A DNA stretch of 64,000 bases from Octopus bimaculoides (taxonomy: Eukaryota): the NCBI RefSeq assembly GCF_001194135.2, contig NC_068997.1, positions 1,424,559 to 1,488,558 on the forward strand. Direction: 5' to 3'. The notes under the pieces were generated by a model. It saw only the letters and a program-made list of their open reading frames with translations. It was not told the DNA's origin and ran no database searches. Shown one piece after another: positions 52,051 to 64,000 of the stretch. A program made the translations under genes and the position numbers. Position 1 is the first letter of the stretch, and each line of letters opens with the position of its first letter.

Positions 52051-54516
52051 GTCATACCAGATTTTTTTTTCCTTTTCCTAATTCTCTTGAGAACGTACGT
52101 GAGAACACACACACACACACACACACACGCATATGTATATATACACATACAGTATATACCGACGTACAAGACGAAATTTGAACTTTAAAAACAACAACCA
52201 AAAACTAGGGATCGTCTTATGTACCCAATATAAAAACTGAACATTAACTTCCTGTGGTTTATACCAGCACCAATGTCAATGGCGAATAGTGTAAAGCGCT
52301 CGCACAGATCTTTACAGCGCATTATTTTCTATTGATACTTGCACATAACGATGGAGAACACCGTAAAACACATAATATTAAACACTCAATATTTTCTACT
52401 GATGCTTACGTGTATGTTTGCGAAGCTGGATTAATAGTAAGATTGTATTAAAATAACAACACAGCAAACTTAGCGGACAAACACCAGCCGCCCTTTGCAA
52501 AAGCTGACGAACAGAAAATATAAAGAATCAGCCCATTCAGCCGGGTCTCGGTGTCCGCTCTGACTACAGGCCTCGTTAGAGCGCTGTCTCATACAGCGCT
52601 CAACCAGCGCCGATGGCTTTCAGGACAAATGTAGTTTACAATAACTAACCTACCTCTTACGGCAGATTAGCAGCACGTACTGGTACTTTCTGTGAACGGT
52701 CAGTTCGTGTCAGTCAGACAAATCAGTATAAACCTTACAATTACTGGTTACTTCTAAACATTTACAGGCATGGTTTCTTAAACAGGCTCAAGTTGACACT
52801 CTTTCATAACCAGTATTATCACTGGGTGAACATTAATTACCAGCAACTGTAAAACCACCTCATAGCTCCAAGTGATAAATGAAGGTAAAATGAAGCTGGT
52901 TTTAAACTGAAAGTGGTAGCATACGCCAAGTCCCACAACAACTGTGCTGCTGCGAGAGAATAAAGTGTAACCGAGAAAATCGTAAGAGTTTAGAGATTTA
53001 AGGAGGACTTATTAAGAAGTGTATCCAGATCAAAATGTGTAACGACAGGAGGCACTGCACACTGGCCAATTCTAGAGAAACATGGAGCATATATGATTCG
53101 TGTGCAGCGTCAAAATGGATATATAGTTTCAAGGCCAAGAGTCTTGTGAGGCAAGACAAAGTTTACAAATTAAGAAAATACTAGCACTGAACTTCATAAC
53201 ATTTCTCATATATTACAATATAATATTATACATACAGTTAGTAAATTTGTAAATCCATTTCAAGTACTTGACACCATGTTAGTTCGTGTAAAATAACAGA
53301 GGCCTAAGTGACGTCACTACGGTAGTGTTTACACCAGCTAGGTATGTTTGATGTGTATTATAGTCGGTAATTTACAATATTTGGCCACATTTTGAAAAGA
53401 ACTGGATAAATTTTAAACAACCAAAACTGCAGAATTGTTGCATACAAAGTTCACTGATTGAAACATTGTTAAAATCCTATTGAAACTCCAAAACTGCAGG
53501 GGTTTCAGGGGCCTCTGGAGAAGCTATAGCTTACGCAACTCCTTTAGCTATGACCCTCACGCCTTCGGCGCTTGAGCCATTTTCAACGATAAGTTGGGCT
53601 AGTCTTATACAGCAAGTATAGCTCAAAAGCCACTTTTTAAATGGAAATCCTGTACGCCCAGTCGTATTATCCACTGGCGTATATGGTAGTTACATGCATA
53701 TGTATATAACGCGTTTCTATACTTTAGGTATGGGGTCGATATCAGAGAAAGTGTTTCAATAATAAATCCCTGTGAACTTGGATGCTTACAGCTGGTTTCA
53801 ATTGACTATTACTTACTATCAGACGTGATAGTTGGTATCATTTGGCACAAACTGAATAAATTGACAGAGTAGGAGAGAAACCAGATACAATGGAATCAGA
53901 AATACACATACATTTCTGCTCCTCAGACGATAGATGTATACTTCCACCACGTACCTTATGTCTTCTGTGCGGTTTTACTTAGTGAAATGTACAACTACAA
54001 TACAATAGTCTGGAGCATCCGAACGCCTAGTTAAAACTTCTGATTTTGTATTTTCTCTCAATATTAATCCATGCTGGTTAACTGTTCTTGGTGATGCTGT
54101 TTTATATGTTCTGTTAATATTATCTGTTAATTCCGCTTTAAGTTTTCGATATATCAGTTTCTGTAATGGAGGATTAGTTTGTAACGAATAGACAATATAT
54201 TAAAAATAGCTATAACATTACCACTGTCAGCATAACATACCAAGCCTATACACCTCATACAGGCTGCGTCTTCACCTTGCTGTCTATATATGCTCAATCT
54301 GAAAGTAACTTTAGCTTCACATACTTCGTTTGTTATTTATATCAAGAAAACTATGTCGCACACAATACTAACTTCAAGGTTTTTATATACTCAATATTTA
54401 TGTTATAGCGAGTTAATAATATGTGTATTTATATACGTAGTCATAAAATTAATAATGTATGGAAGTATGAATAGTTTTCATTCTCTTGTGGCAAATACTG
54501 TCATTATTGTTACAAC

Positions 54517-54930
54517 TGGGGCGGCGAGCTGCCGGGTAAAACGCTTCGTGGCATTTCGTCCCACTTTATGTTCTGAGTTCAAATTCTGCCAAGGTCGACT
54601 TTGCCTTTCATCATTTCGGGGTGGATAAAGTAAGTACCAGTTGAGTTCTGGTGTCAATATAATCGACTAGCCCCTCCCCCAAATTTCAGGTCTTGTATCT
54701 CTAGTAGAAAGTATTATTATTACAAGTAAGGTGGTGAGTTGGTAGAGTTGTTAGGTTAGCATGCTGGACAAAATGCTTAGCGGCGTTTCGTTTGTCTTTA
54801 CGTTCTGAGTTAAAATACTGCCGAGATCGATTTTCCCTTTTCGAAGTCGATAAAATAAGTATCAGTTGAATGCAATAAACTTACCACTCTGTCATCGAAC
54901 ATACTGGCCTTGTGCCAAAATCTGAGCCAT
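54517..54930 (+). mobile_element. Two tandem SINE family B copies (54517-54715 and about 54727-54930)
   Basis: Two successive ttctgagtt.aa.t.ctgcc.ag.tcga.ttt.cctt cores. Confidence 0.8.
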
Positions 54931-56008
54931 TCCTATAATTACAAGTAATTGACATTGTTACTACTCTACCTCATTATTCTTTCTTCAGTTGCCATTATTA
55001 TTACAAGCTCTTGCTAAGAATTGTTGCATAATTTTGAATTTAGACTTTTCAGCAATTCTCAACATAAACATAATTCTTAAGCAAATAATAAACAATTTGG
55101 TCTTCGTACATTGCATCCATTCTACACACGTTTCTTATTTGCATATGTTTCAGGCATATTCTCTGCACTTGTTTATAATAATCAATCACCCAAGGAATGT
55201 CGGTTACAGGAATCTGTCTCTTCTAAACAAACAGTCAAGTCACTTGGTGAACATCTACATATTCCAAACTCCTCTGCTGTATTTCTCTTCGGTTATACTT
55301 TCCTTTTATTTTTACTAGAATTCTCTCACACGCTTACACTTTGGATTTTGGATTATGTAATATATTTTTGGTTTTTTTATGGCTTTATGTTTTCTATTTG
55401 AAATTTTTTTTGTATACATGTAATGTTACATTACACAATTCTATAACTTGGATTTTATATTTCCAAATATGCATTTTACACTTTTTGTGTTTTGTATATT
55501 CGTACTTTTTTTCATATTTATCTATACTCATGCATCCACGGGTAAATGTGTAGCCTTTGCGTATATATTTACGTGTTGTTTCACCCAGCAAACTAAATGT
55601 GGCTACAGAATTAACATATACAAAACATCGTTCAAAAGTATGTACCATTAATGGTATATACATGTAATATGTGCATGCGTTCGAGTATAAGTGTGGGCGT
55701 GTGGGTTTGTGGGCGATGTGTGACCCTATATATACATTGTCTAAGTGCAAAAGTTTATATACTAATAATGAATTTATAATGATATAACGATAATGAATAA
55801 ATTTTTTTAGGTATCGAGGCTTGTGCACATATGCATCGGTTTGCATGTATGTACGCTCATACACACACACCTGTATGTATATGCATATGTCTGTGCATAT
55901 ATAGGTGCTTGCACGTGTAAGTACAGGCACATAGATAAGAATACATCCACGCATGATTATATATTAGCATGACCACAGTCTAATAATTGAAAAAAAGTAT
56001 GAGATGTG

Positions 56009-56041
<33 letters not shown>

Positions 56042-56044
<3 letters not shown>

Positions 56045-57401
56045 GGGTTGGACAAAATAATGGTAACAACTAGCATCATGACATGATAATTTTGAAATAT
56101 CTGTAAAACCGTGAAAAACATGTTTAGTTTTATGGTTTGTTTTTTTATTTATTATTAGTGTTGCTTAATATGTATTACTAAAAGTGCTGTTTCTTTTCAG
56201 AAAAAGTAATTAAAGTTCATTAAAATGACAGATCTGTCGGACTTTCAAAGTGGTCAAATTGTTGGTGCTCATATGGCAGGCGCTTGCGTAACAAAAGCAG
56301 CCGAAATGTTTGTTGTATCAAGAAGTATTTTCTTGAAAGTAATAATAACCTTTGAGATAGAGGGAAAAAGCTCATCGTTGAAACAAATATAGAACAACAT
56401 GATACTTTACTAGACACCAACGTTGAGAGTCATGCATCCTGAGGAGAAAATTGCTTGAGGTTGTAGATCAAAAATGTTATAGAACTCTTTGTGAATGTAG
56501 TGAGAAAATTTGGATAGATAAGGACCGTCGAACTCTTGCGCAAATTGTTTGAAAGGATCACACAAGTACAGCTCCCAAAATTACTGCAGGGCTTAATGGC
56601 CACCTCGAGAACCCGGTTACCACAAAAACTGTTCGCCGGTAGCTGCACAAAGCCGGATTTCACGGGAAGACTGCAATCAGAAAACCACCACTTTAAAAAA
56701 TAAACGTTGCAAAGCGTTTGGAGTGGAGTTAAAACCTACAGAATTGGTCCCTAGAACAGTGGAAAAATATTATTTTCTCGGATGAGTCATCCTTTACCTT
56801 ATTCCAGATCACGGGTCAAGTATACGTGTGGAGAGAGCCAAAAGAAGCATTTGACCCAGACTGCTTCCTTCCAAGTGTTAAACATGGATGAGGATCTGTG
56901 ATGATCGGGGGGGGGGGCAAACTTGGAAATCCGCCGGCCCAATGGTTTTTCTTCATGGCAGAATTAATAGGCAAGCATTTTATCTGATCAAATTCTTCCT
57001 ATGGTTGTGGAACTGCTTCCGGAAGGAAACAATCTTTCAGGATGATAATGCACCAATTCACACAGCTCAAGTTGTTACTGAATGGCACGAGAAACATTCT
57101 AGGGAGGCTGAACGTCTTATCTGGCTATCACAGTCCCCAGATCTCAATATTATTGAACATTTATGGTGCATTTTAGAAAAACAAGTAAGGAGTCGATGTC
57201 CTCCACTATCATCACTACAAGAACTGAAGACTGTTTTAGCAGAAGAATGGAGAAAAGTTCCTTTGGAAACAATTCAAACTTTGTACGAGTTCATATCTCG
57301 TAGAATTCAAGGTGTAATTACTGCCAAAGTCCGTCCTACCCCATATTAAAATAAATTTGTTTGAAGTTTTAAGGTGTTTCCGTTATTTTGTCCAACCCCT
57401 G
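56042..57401 (+). mobile_element. Full-length Tc1-like DNA transposon, inactive, with DD36E catalytic spacing
   Basis: 27-bp TIRs CAGGGGTTGGACAAAATAA(T/C)GG(T/A)AACA flanked by TA. Transposase runs from ATG 56225 (MTDLSDFQSGQIVGA) to stop 57349, with FSDES, FQDDNAPIH and SPDLNIIEHLW, plus stops and frameshifts. Confidence 0.93.
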
Positions 57402-57819
57402 TATANNNNNNNNNNNNNNNNNNNNNNNNNNNNNNNNNNNNNNNNNNNNNNNNNNNNNNNNNNNNNNNNNNNNNNNNNNNNNNNNNNNNNNNNNNNNNNN
57501 NNNNNNNNNNNNNNNNNNNNNNNNNNNNNNNNNNNNNNNNNNNNNNNNNNNNNNNNNNNNNNNNNNNNNNNNNNNNNNNNNNNNNNNNNNNNNNNNNNNN
57601 NNNNNNNNNNNNNNNNNNNNNNNNNNNNNNATATATGTATGTATGTATATATATAACTGACGGTATATGCATATGTGTATTTTATAAGTTCGTGGGTATA
57701 TTTTCAAATAGCGCACATGAAGAAAGTACTGGACAAAAGAATAATAGTACCGAACGACCCACATTTGAGCAACACTTAGCATGTATGTATGTATGTATGT
57801 ATGTATGTATGTATGTATG

Positions 57820-57861
<42 letters not shown>

Positions 57862-58526
57862 CCTATCTACGTATTCCTCTGAAAATGTCTTTGTTCACAT
57901 GTTATAAATACATCTTTAGAAACCGTGAAAATGATATACATTAGGGAGAAATATAGAAATCGTATGAAAGACTAATGTTTTTGTACGGTGTTTCGAATCC
58001 GAGATAAAAGCGTGATATCTTTTTATGTTAGTCTAGTTTACATTAACGTTAGCACTACTACAAAATTAGGTACGAAGGCAAGATCTCTGATAAGAGATTA
58101 TGTTGTTTGGGTCATTGTTAAATACAATTTTGACTAGTTAAACGAGAGAGATAAAAGATAAGGGTGAGGCGAAAGACAGAGTTAGTTAGAGAAAGAAAGA
58201 GATGGTAAGGAGAGTCAGCCATTTTAACATGTTGCTGTAATTTTTATTTACTCTGAAAGTTACTAAGAGAGAAAGAAAAGTTGAGCTTTATTGAAGAGCC
58301 AGAATCTATCGTTGAAAACAGAAACGACAGAATTCTGAATTATTTCTATGGTTTTGTCCGTCAACGGTACAGTCTCTGAAAATATATCAAATATTTATAT
58401 AATACATGACTGTATTTATCCAGCACATATTCCTATAGAAGTACACAGGCATATATACACTCATATATATATATGTGTGTGTGCATTCATAAGATGTGTG
58501 TATACATTTACGTATGTATGAAAACA

Positions 58527-58592
<66 letters not shown>

Positions 58593-58724
58593 NNNNNNNN
58601 NNNNNNNNNNNNNNNNNNNNNNNNNNNNNNNNNNNNNNNNNNNNNNNNNNNNNNNNNNNNNNNNNNNNNNNNNNNNNNNNNNNNNNNNNNNNNNNNNNNN
58701 NNNNATATATATATATATATATAT

Positions 58725-58757
<33 letters not shown>

Positions 58758-59089
58758 CGTATATGTATATATACCTGTATGCATATATTCATATATGTCT
58801 ACGTATGTATATATATATATTCGTGTGTACATTTGTATGTATATATATATATATATATATATAGAAATATATATATATATATATATGTTTTTGTTGTATG
58901 TCTTCACTAATGTCAGTGTCGCAGTCGAACGTTACTCTCGATTACGTTTGACATCATAATGAAACGGAATACGGGATAATATAAATAACAATAATAAAGA
59001 TAAAAACATTAACAACAGTAACAACAACATTAATAATGGGTTACGGAACATGCTACTTTAAGAACGATATTGACAGGTTGTGTTACTAG

Positions 59090-60610
59090 ACACTAACGTG
59101 GGCGAGGGTTAATCAGCGTTGAGAATCATATATCCTCATGAGAAAATTGCCTGATGTCGTAGATGAAGAATACTATAGAACTCTTTGTGAACGTAGTGAG
59201 GAAATCTGGATAGATACATACGTGGAAAGAGAGGAGTATGAAGAAAAAGAAAAAAGAATACTGAGTGAAAGATAATGGAATGGTAAAAATATGTACGGGT
59301 TGTTTCCGTGTGCATTGAGCAGTAATGCAGATACTAATGGAATGTGACGTTTGCTAAAGAAAAGTGGCTTCAAGCCAAGGACAGACGTGCTTATCTGTGC
59401 TACGCCGGAACAACCACTTAAGATCAATTACGGCATATGTGGGATTGACGATACAGGAGTAAGTGACCAGTGAAGATTGCGCTGTTATAAACGTGATTCT
59501 GTAAGGGATAGCCTGAATGAATGTACGAAACTGGTTCAAAAAGGATACAAAAGAAGATACGATGTCACAAGAATGATTTATTGGCAAATTTGTGACAAGT
59601 ATGGATTGGATTGAGCCAGAATGAGTGAGAACAATTAGCTATAGTAGTAATAATATCAACTGGCAAGTACTTGTAATAATAATAATGATAACGACGGTGT
59701 TTGCCACAAGAAGATGAAAATTATTCATACTTCCACACATTACTAATTTACATATTAAATCATATATTCATATCTTGCTATAACATATGAGTGATCGAGA
59801 ATGACAAGGTAACTCTACTGTGGTATATATCAATCGACTAAGATCATCCAAAGCAATATAAAGCGCCTGGTGATAACAGATTATCGGAAAGAAAAGAGAA
59901 GCAAACCAAATATGATGATTTGAAGTGGGAGTTAAAAAGAGTGTGATGACTGAAGAAGATGAATGTTGTAGCTGTTATACACTTAGGAACTCTAAGTGTC
60001 ACGTACACAAATTGGATTGAAGAGATAGTTATAAATATGAAGATAGGGCAACGCAGTGTTTTCGAAATCTGAATGAAGAGTTACCTTCGCTCACTAGCAG
60101 ATGACGGCAGATACATTCTTACGTTTCCTAGCGAAGTTGCCGTGTTAAACAATAATGATAACGACCATGATAACCATCTCCAAACCAAATGTAGTGAGCT
60201 ACAACAAAAAAGTATAGACGCATGCATGACTTTATTAGAGATAGATTGCATTGAATTGTTAGTCAGATTTGCTGACTTATGAGCATGTGTCAGAGGCTGT
60301 AATGACGAATGGCTTCGACAAAATTTTATGAAATTTCTCCATTCACACTCAGTAGGAAAAAGGGTCAGATATAAGTTTACAACAGTAGAGGAGATACCAA
60401 ACAAACTGAGAAAATTGAGTTGCATCAGAATTTAGCCAGAGACATGACGAGATTGTGCAACATAAAGGTGACAATTGGTCCGGTGCACTTGGCACAACAC
60501 TCAGACTGCTATCTATGAAGCTGTGGGATAGTGGAATGAAGACAAGACTGCACAAACATGTCACTGCCTATTCTGCAAGAATTCTATGAAAGATTCTTGA
60601 GATTTGAGAA
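59090..60610 (+). mobile_element. Fragmented R4/Dong-like LINE 3' region (several pieces)
   Basis: Degenerate W.GKNMYG.F..GFKPRTD.LICA..EQ.L..(YKRR)..IYWQIC, then KYDDLKWEL and GALG; same architecture as 1996-2801. Confidence 0.65.
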
Positions 60611-60834
60611 AGTTTATCTTCATTAAAGCTCTGGAAAGCATTTCTGCTAATTAAATGAACATGCTATTGCTTCTGTATAATAAATGCATAATTGTATTAT
60701 GTAAAAAAAAAGTAATAACTGTATATAACATTATAAAATGATTTTGTATATTAAAATATATACGGTCATACATACATATATACGTACGTACATACGTTCA
60801 TACATGCATATATTCATACATCTTTTACATTTTG

Positions 60835-61190
60835 CTTGATTAGCTTATTAAACTCCGTCTATGCTGGGGCACTGCTTTTAGGGACTTTAGTCGAACGGCT
60901 CGGTCCCAGTACTTTTCTAAACCTGATACTTATTCTATCGATACTTTCGGCAAACCACTATCCTACTGGAAAGTAAACAAACCAACACCAATTGTCAAGC
61001 GGTGGTGGGAGACAAACACATACACAAACACACAAACACACACACGACACTCACATGATATATTGCCTTGGATTTTTTCAGTATCTGTCTACCAAATCCA
61101 CTCACAACTTTCGTTCGGCCCGGAATAATAAGAAGACACGTGCTCAAGGTGCCACGCGATAGGGTTCAAACTGGAACCTTATGGTTGATA
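60835..61190 (-). mobile_element. SINE family A copy
   Basis: atgctggggcactgc...ttgtcaagcggtggtgggagacaaacac...tctaccaaatccactcacaa...caaggtgccacgc. Confidence 0.8.
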
Positions 61191-61439
61191 CAATAATGTA
61201 TTCCTTGAGGATTCGTGATTGAGCATTTGGAGTATTTATCGCAGGGTTCCAAACAACCATCATTGTGAAATGCGTGCATGAATTTTCATTTAAACTTATG
61301 TTTATCCCTTTTTCCTACGTTCACTCTGTCACTCATAATTAGTAATACTGTATAATTAGTAATACTGTATAATAGTTAGGTAACAACTATGAAGAAAGCA
61401 GACTAGATTATGAAAGCCTGCGTGGAGCCCTGAACGTAA

Positions 61440-61575
61440 CACGTGCGGTGAGCTGGCAGTATCGTCAGCACGCCGGACGAAACGCCGCTGAGCATTTTGC
61501 CTTTCCGTTCTGTGTTCAAGTTTCTCCGAGGTCATTTTTGCCTTTTCAATTTTATGGCATAAGTACCAGTAGAAA
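61440..61575 (+). mobile_element. SINE family B copy, partial
   Basis: gcggtgagctggcagtatcgtcagcacgccggacgaaacg...ttctgtgttcaagtttctccgagg. Confidence 0.7.
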
Positions 61576-61774
61576 CGATTACACACACGCACACGCACAC
61601 ACACACACACACACGCGCGCGCATACACACACACACACGCACATATATATATATATATATATAAATTTTTTAAAAAAATACTAAAACATTATGTACGTTA
61701 GTTGAAAGAAGTTGCCCAGTAGACNNNNNNNNNNNNNNNNNNNNNNNNNNNNNNNNNNNNNNNNNNNNNNNNNN

Positions 61775-62108
61775 GTCAAGATCACCAGCAGTCTACCTCC
61801 CACACACAGCCCCTCGTTCCCGATCACCGTTCGTTATCTCCCCCTTTCTTAGCTCTCCTGAAATAAGAATTTCTAACTTCCGGTCAGTCAGCCATTGTTA
61901 TGATCGGCCATTATTATGATTGACCGTTGACTGAACACTATTCAATTTTTTTTCTCTGTGTTTTTCTCCTTGTCTCCGTATTCTTTCTGTTGAAGAGCGT
62001 AGCTCGAAACGTCAAAGACTTTCCGTATTCCCGAGCGTCATACTAATATATACTTTTGTTATTTACACCACCTGTCCTCGTCTGTTGTTATTTTTTGTAT
62101 AATCTCCC
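61775..62108 (+). mobile_element. Penelope-like terminal repeat relic with hammerhead-like motif
   Basis: tTGAAGAG-cgtag-CTC-GAAAC-GTC-aaaga at 61990-62018, inside a repeat-like block. Confidence 0.55.
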
Positions 62109-62829
62109 ATATATATATATATATATGCGCAAGACTTTCACAAGCACTAACACTATATGTGTATACAGATTTTACAAATACATTATCTATATAAATATAC
62201 GTATATATATGCACATATATACATGCATACGTATATACACATGTAGATAGTTATATACATACACATATACACGCATGCACACACACACATACACACATAC
62301 ATGTATATACATCTAAACGCGTACATATAGATACATTTATACATATATGACTTAATATTGTTAAGTTAACTTCAAATTTAAATTGAATTTAACATATGTC
62401 TGAGCTTTTAGACAGCTATAATGACCTCTCAATAATGTAGCTGGCGTCATCCAGCCTCCCGCTCCTTCTGTCTTTCCCTCTCACTCTCTCTCACACACAC
62501 ATTTATAAAGTACACATTTTATAACATGCTATTATCGAAAATGTCTACAGGACAGATTTTATCTTCCGTGGGCAATGAAAATTAGAGTCAATTTTATTTG
62601 TTTCTTGTTGCTGCATTCCAACAGCAGATAAAGGCATATTTCTGTCCACTAACACACTTTTAGTATATTACTATTTATATAATTTATACAGTATAAATAG
62701 TAACACACACAAACACACATACACACACACACACGCACACACAAACACACACACACACACATACATACATGCATACATACATACATACATACATACATAC
62801 ATGCATACATACATACATACATACTCGTC

Positions 62830-63140
62830 TGAAGGCCGGACGAATATCTCAGGTCATTTAGAATATTTAATTAGAATAAGGTGAATCAAAAATGGGGAAG
62901 TAGAAGTAGTTAATGTCTTACAACTGTTTTCGAGATATCTCAGGTGATGGGTCAACATATCCATACACCGGGCATTCTGTCTTCAGCGACAAGGTGTGTA
63001 TTCAGGAAGGTTTTAGATTGAGCATTCGCAGTATATAAACGAATAAAATAGTAGTTAGAATAATAAAGGTCAGAAGAATAAACTTTACAGTTCATCTTGT
63101 TCCAGAGGGTATGGAGGTTAGTCCAAACTTCCACGAAGGT
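62830..63140 (+). mobile_element. Degenerate non-LTR RT fragment (probably R4-like)
   Basis: Loose Y..RIK..ELE**RSE.*TLQFI segment adjacent to the R4-like piece at 63680. Translation is heavily decayed. Confidence 0.35.
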
Positions 63141-63394
63141 ATAGCCCTTTAAGTACAATCCCAGGTAAATCCAGGCAGTATTTTGAATGTTGCATTCGGA
63201 TTGAAGGAATAGATCAAGTGGTTAGCTTGTAAGAAAAATGGTCCGCATGGATACATGGTGTGAGAAAGAAAGACATCATGATAGACAGATAGATCAGAGA
63301 GAAAGGGTGTGTGTGTGAGTGAAGAAAAAGAGAAAAGAAAAGAAGAGTAAGAGAAAAGGGAAGAGAAAGAGAAAAGAAATGATTTCAAATTTTG

Positions 63395-63560
63395 GCACAA
63401 GGCCAGCTGTTTTAGGTGGTCAACTGGTGCTTATTTTATCAACCCAAAAAAGGATGAAAGGCAAAGTCGGCCTCGACGGTATTCGAACTGAGAACATGAA
63501 AACGGACAAAATACTGCTAAACATTTCGCTCGGTGTGCTAACGATTCTGCAGCTTGTCTC
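63395..63560 (-). mobile_element. SINE family B copy
   Basis: ggatgaaaggcaaagtcggcctcgacggtattcgaactgagaac...cgattctgcagcttgtc. Confidence 0.8.
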
Positions 63561-63638
63561 ATAATAATAATAATAATACTAATAATGATAATAATAATAA
63601 TAATAATGATGATGATATTAATAATAATAATAATAAAA

Positions 63639-63679
<41 letters not shown>

Positions 63680-63683
<4 letters not shown>

Positions 63684-64000
63684 GACAAGACTACCGACAG
63701 CGACAAAAGCAGAATGTGTGGTGAGAGGTGCGAAACGGTATGGCACATCGTTAGAGGATGCCCGAAATTGGAACAACGTGAATACAAAAGACGCCATGAC
63801 AATGTGGCAAGAACGATCCATTGGGAATTCTGTGGAAATCCCGGAGGATTTGAAATGGGAAATACGAATGTTGTAGTTAATGAGGAGAGTAGGCGTGATA
63901 CCAATAGTGATTGGTGCACATATAAGTATCAATACCAGCATGGCTGAAAGAGATCGATGCAGGTGTGAAGGTAGAACACCTGCAAAAATCAGCATTGCTT
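63680..64000 (+). mobile_element. R4/Dong-like LINE CCHC region, runs off the window end
   Basis: DKSRMCGERCETVWHIVRGCPKLEQREYKRRHDNVARTIHWEFC. Confidence 0.85.

Overview
AT-rich animal genomic DNA, most likely an octopod cephalopod draft assembly. This is inferred from the SINE and microsatellite landscape and the many short N gaps bounded by microsatellites. It is not prokaryotic: I found no operons, CRISPR arrays, rRNA or true tRNA genes. One host gene is well supported: a spliced plus-strand KTI12 homolog (Elongator cofactor), with six exons at 13187-21903 encoding about 190 C-terminal residues. The supplied ORF track largely misses it. Its last intron has the signature of a minor-spliceosome (U12-type) intron. 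I could not locate its N-terminal P-loop exons. The rest of the window is intron or intergenic DNA filled with tRNA-derived SINEs, mariner and Tc1 relics, non-LTR retrotransposon fragments (R4/Dong-like, RTE-like, Penelope-like) and microsatellites. The transposon relics include a full-length DD36E-spaced Tc1-like element. Most listed ORFs are simple-repeat artefacts. I do not see a convincing wholly new biological system. The best leads are the U12 intron, the DD36E element, three Penelope-type hammerhead motifs, intronic inverted repeats in KTI12, and an unexplained upstream exon chain. KTI12 exon and TIR coordinates were counted by hand; repeat boundaries are approximate.
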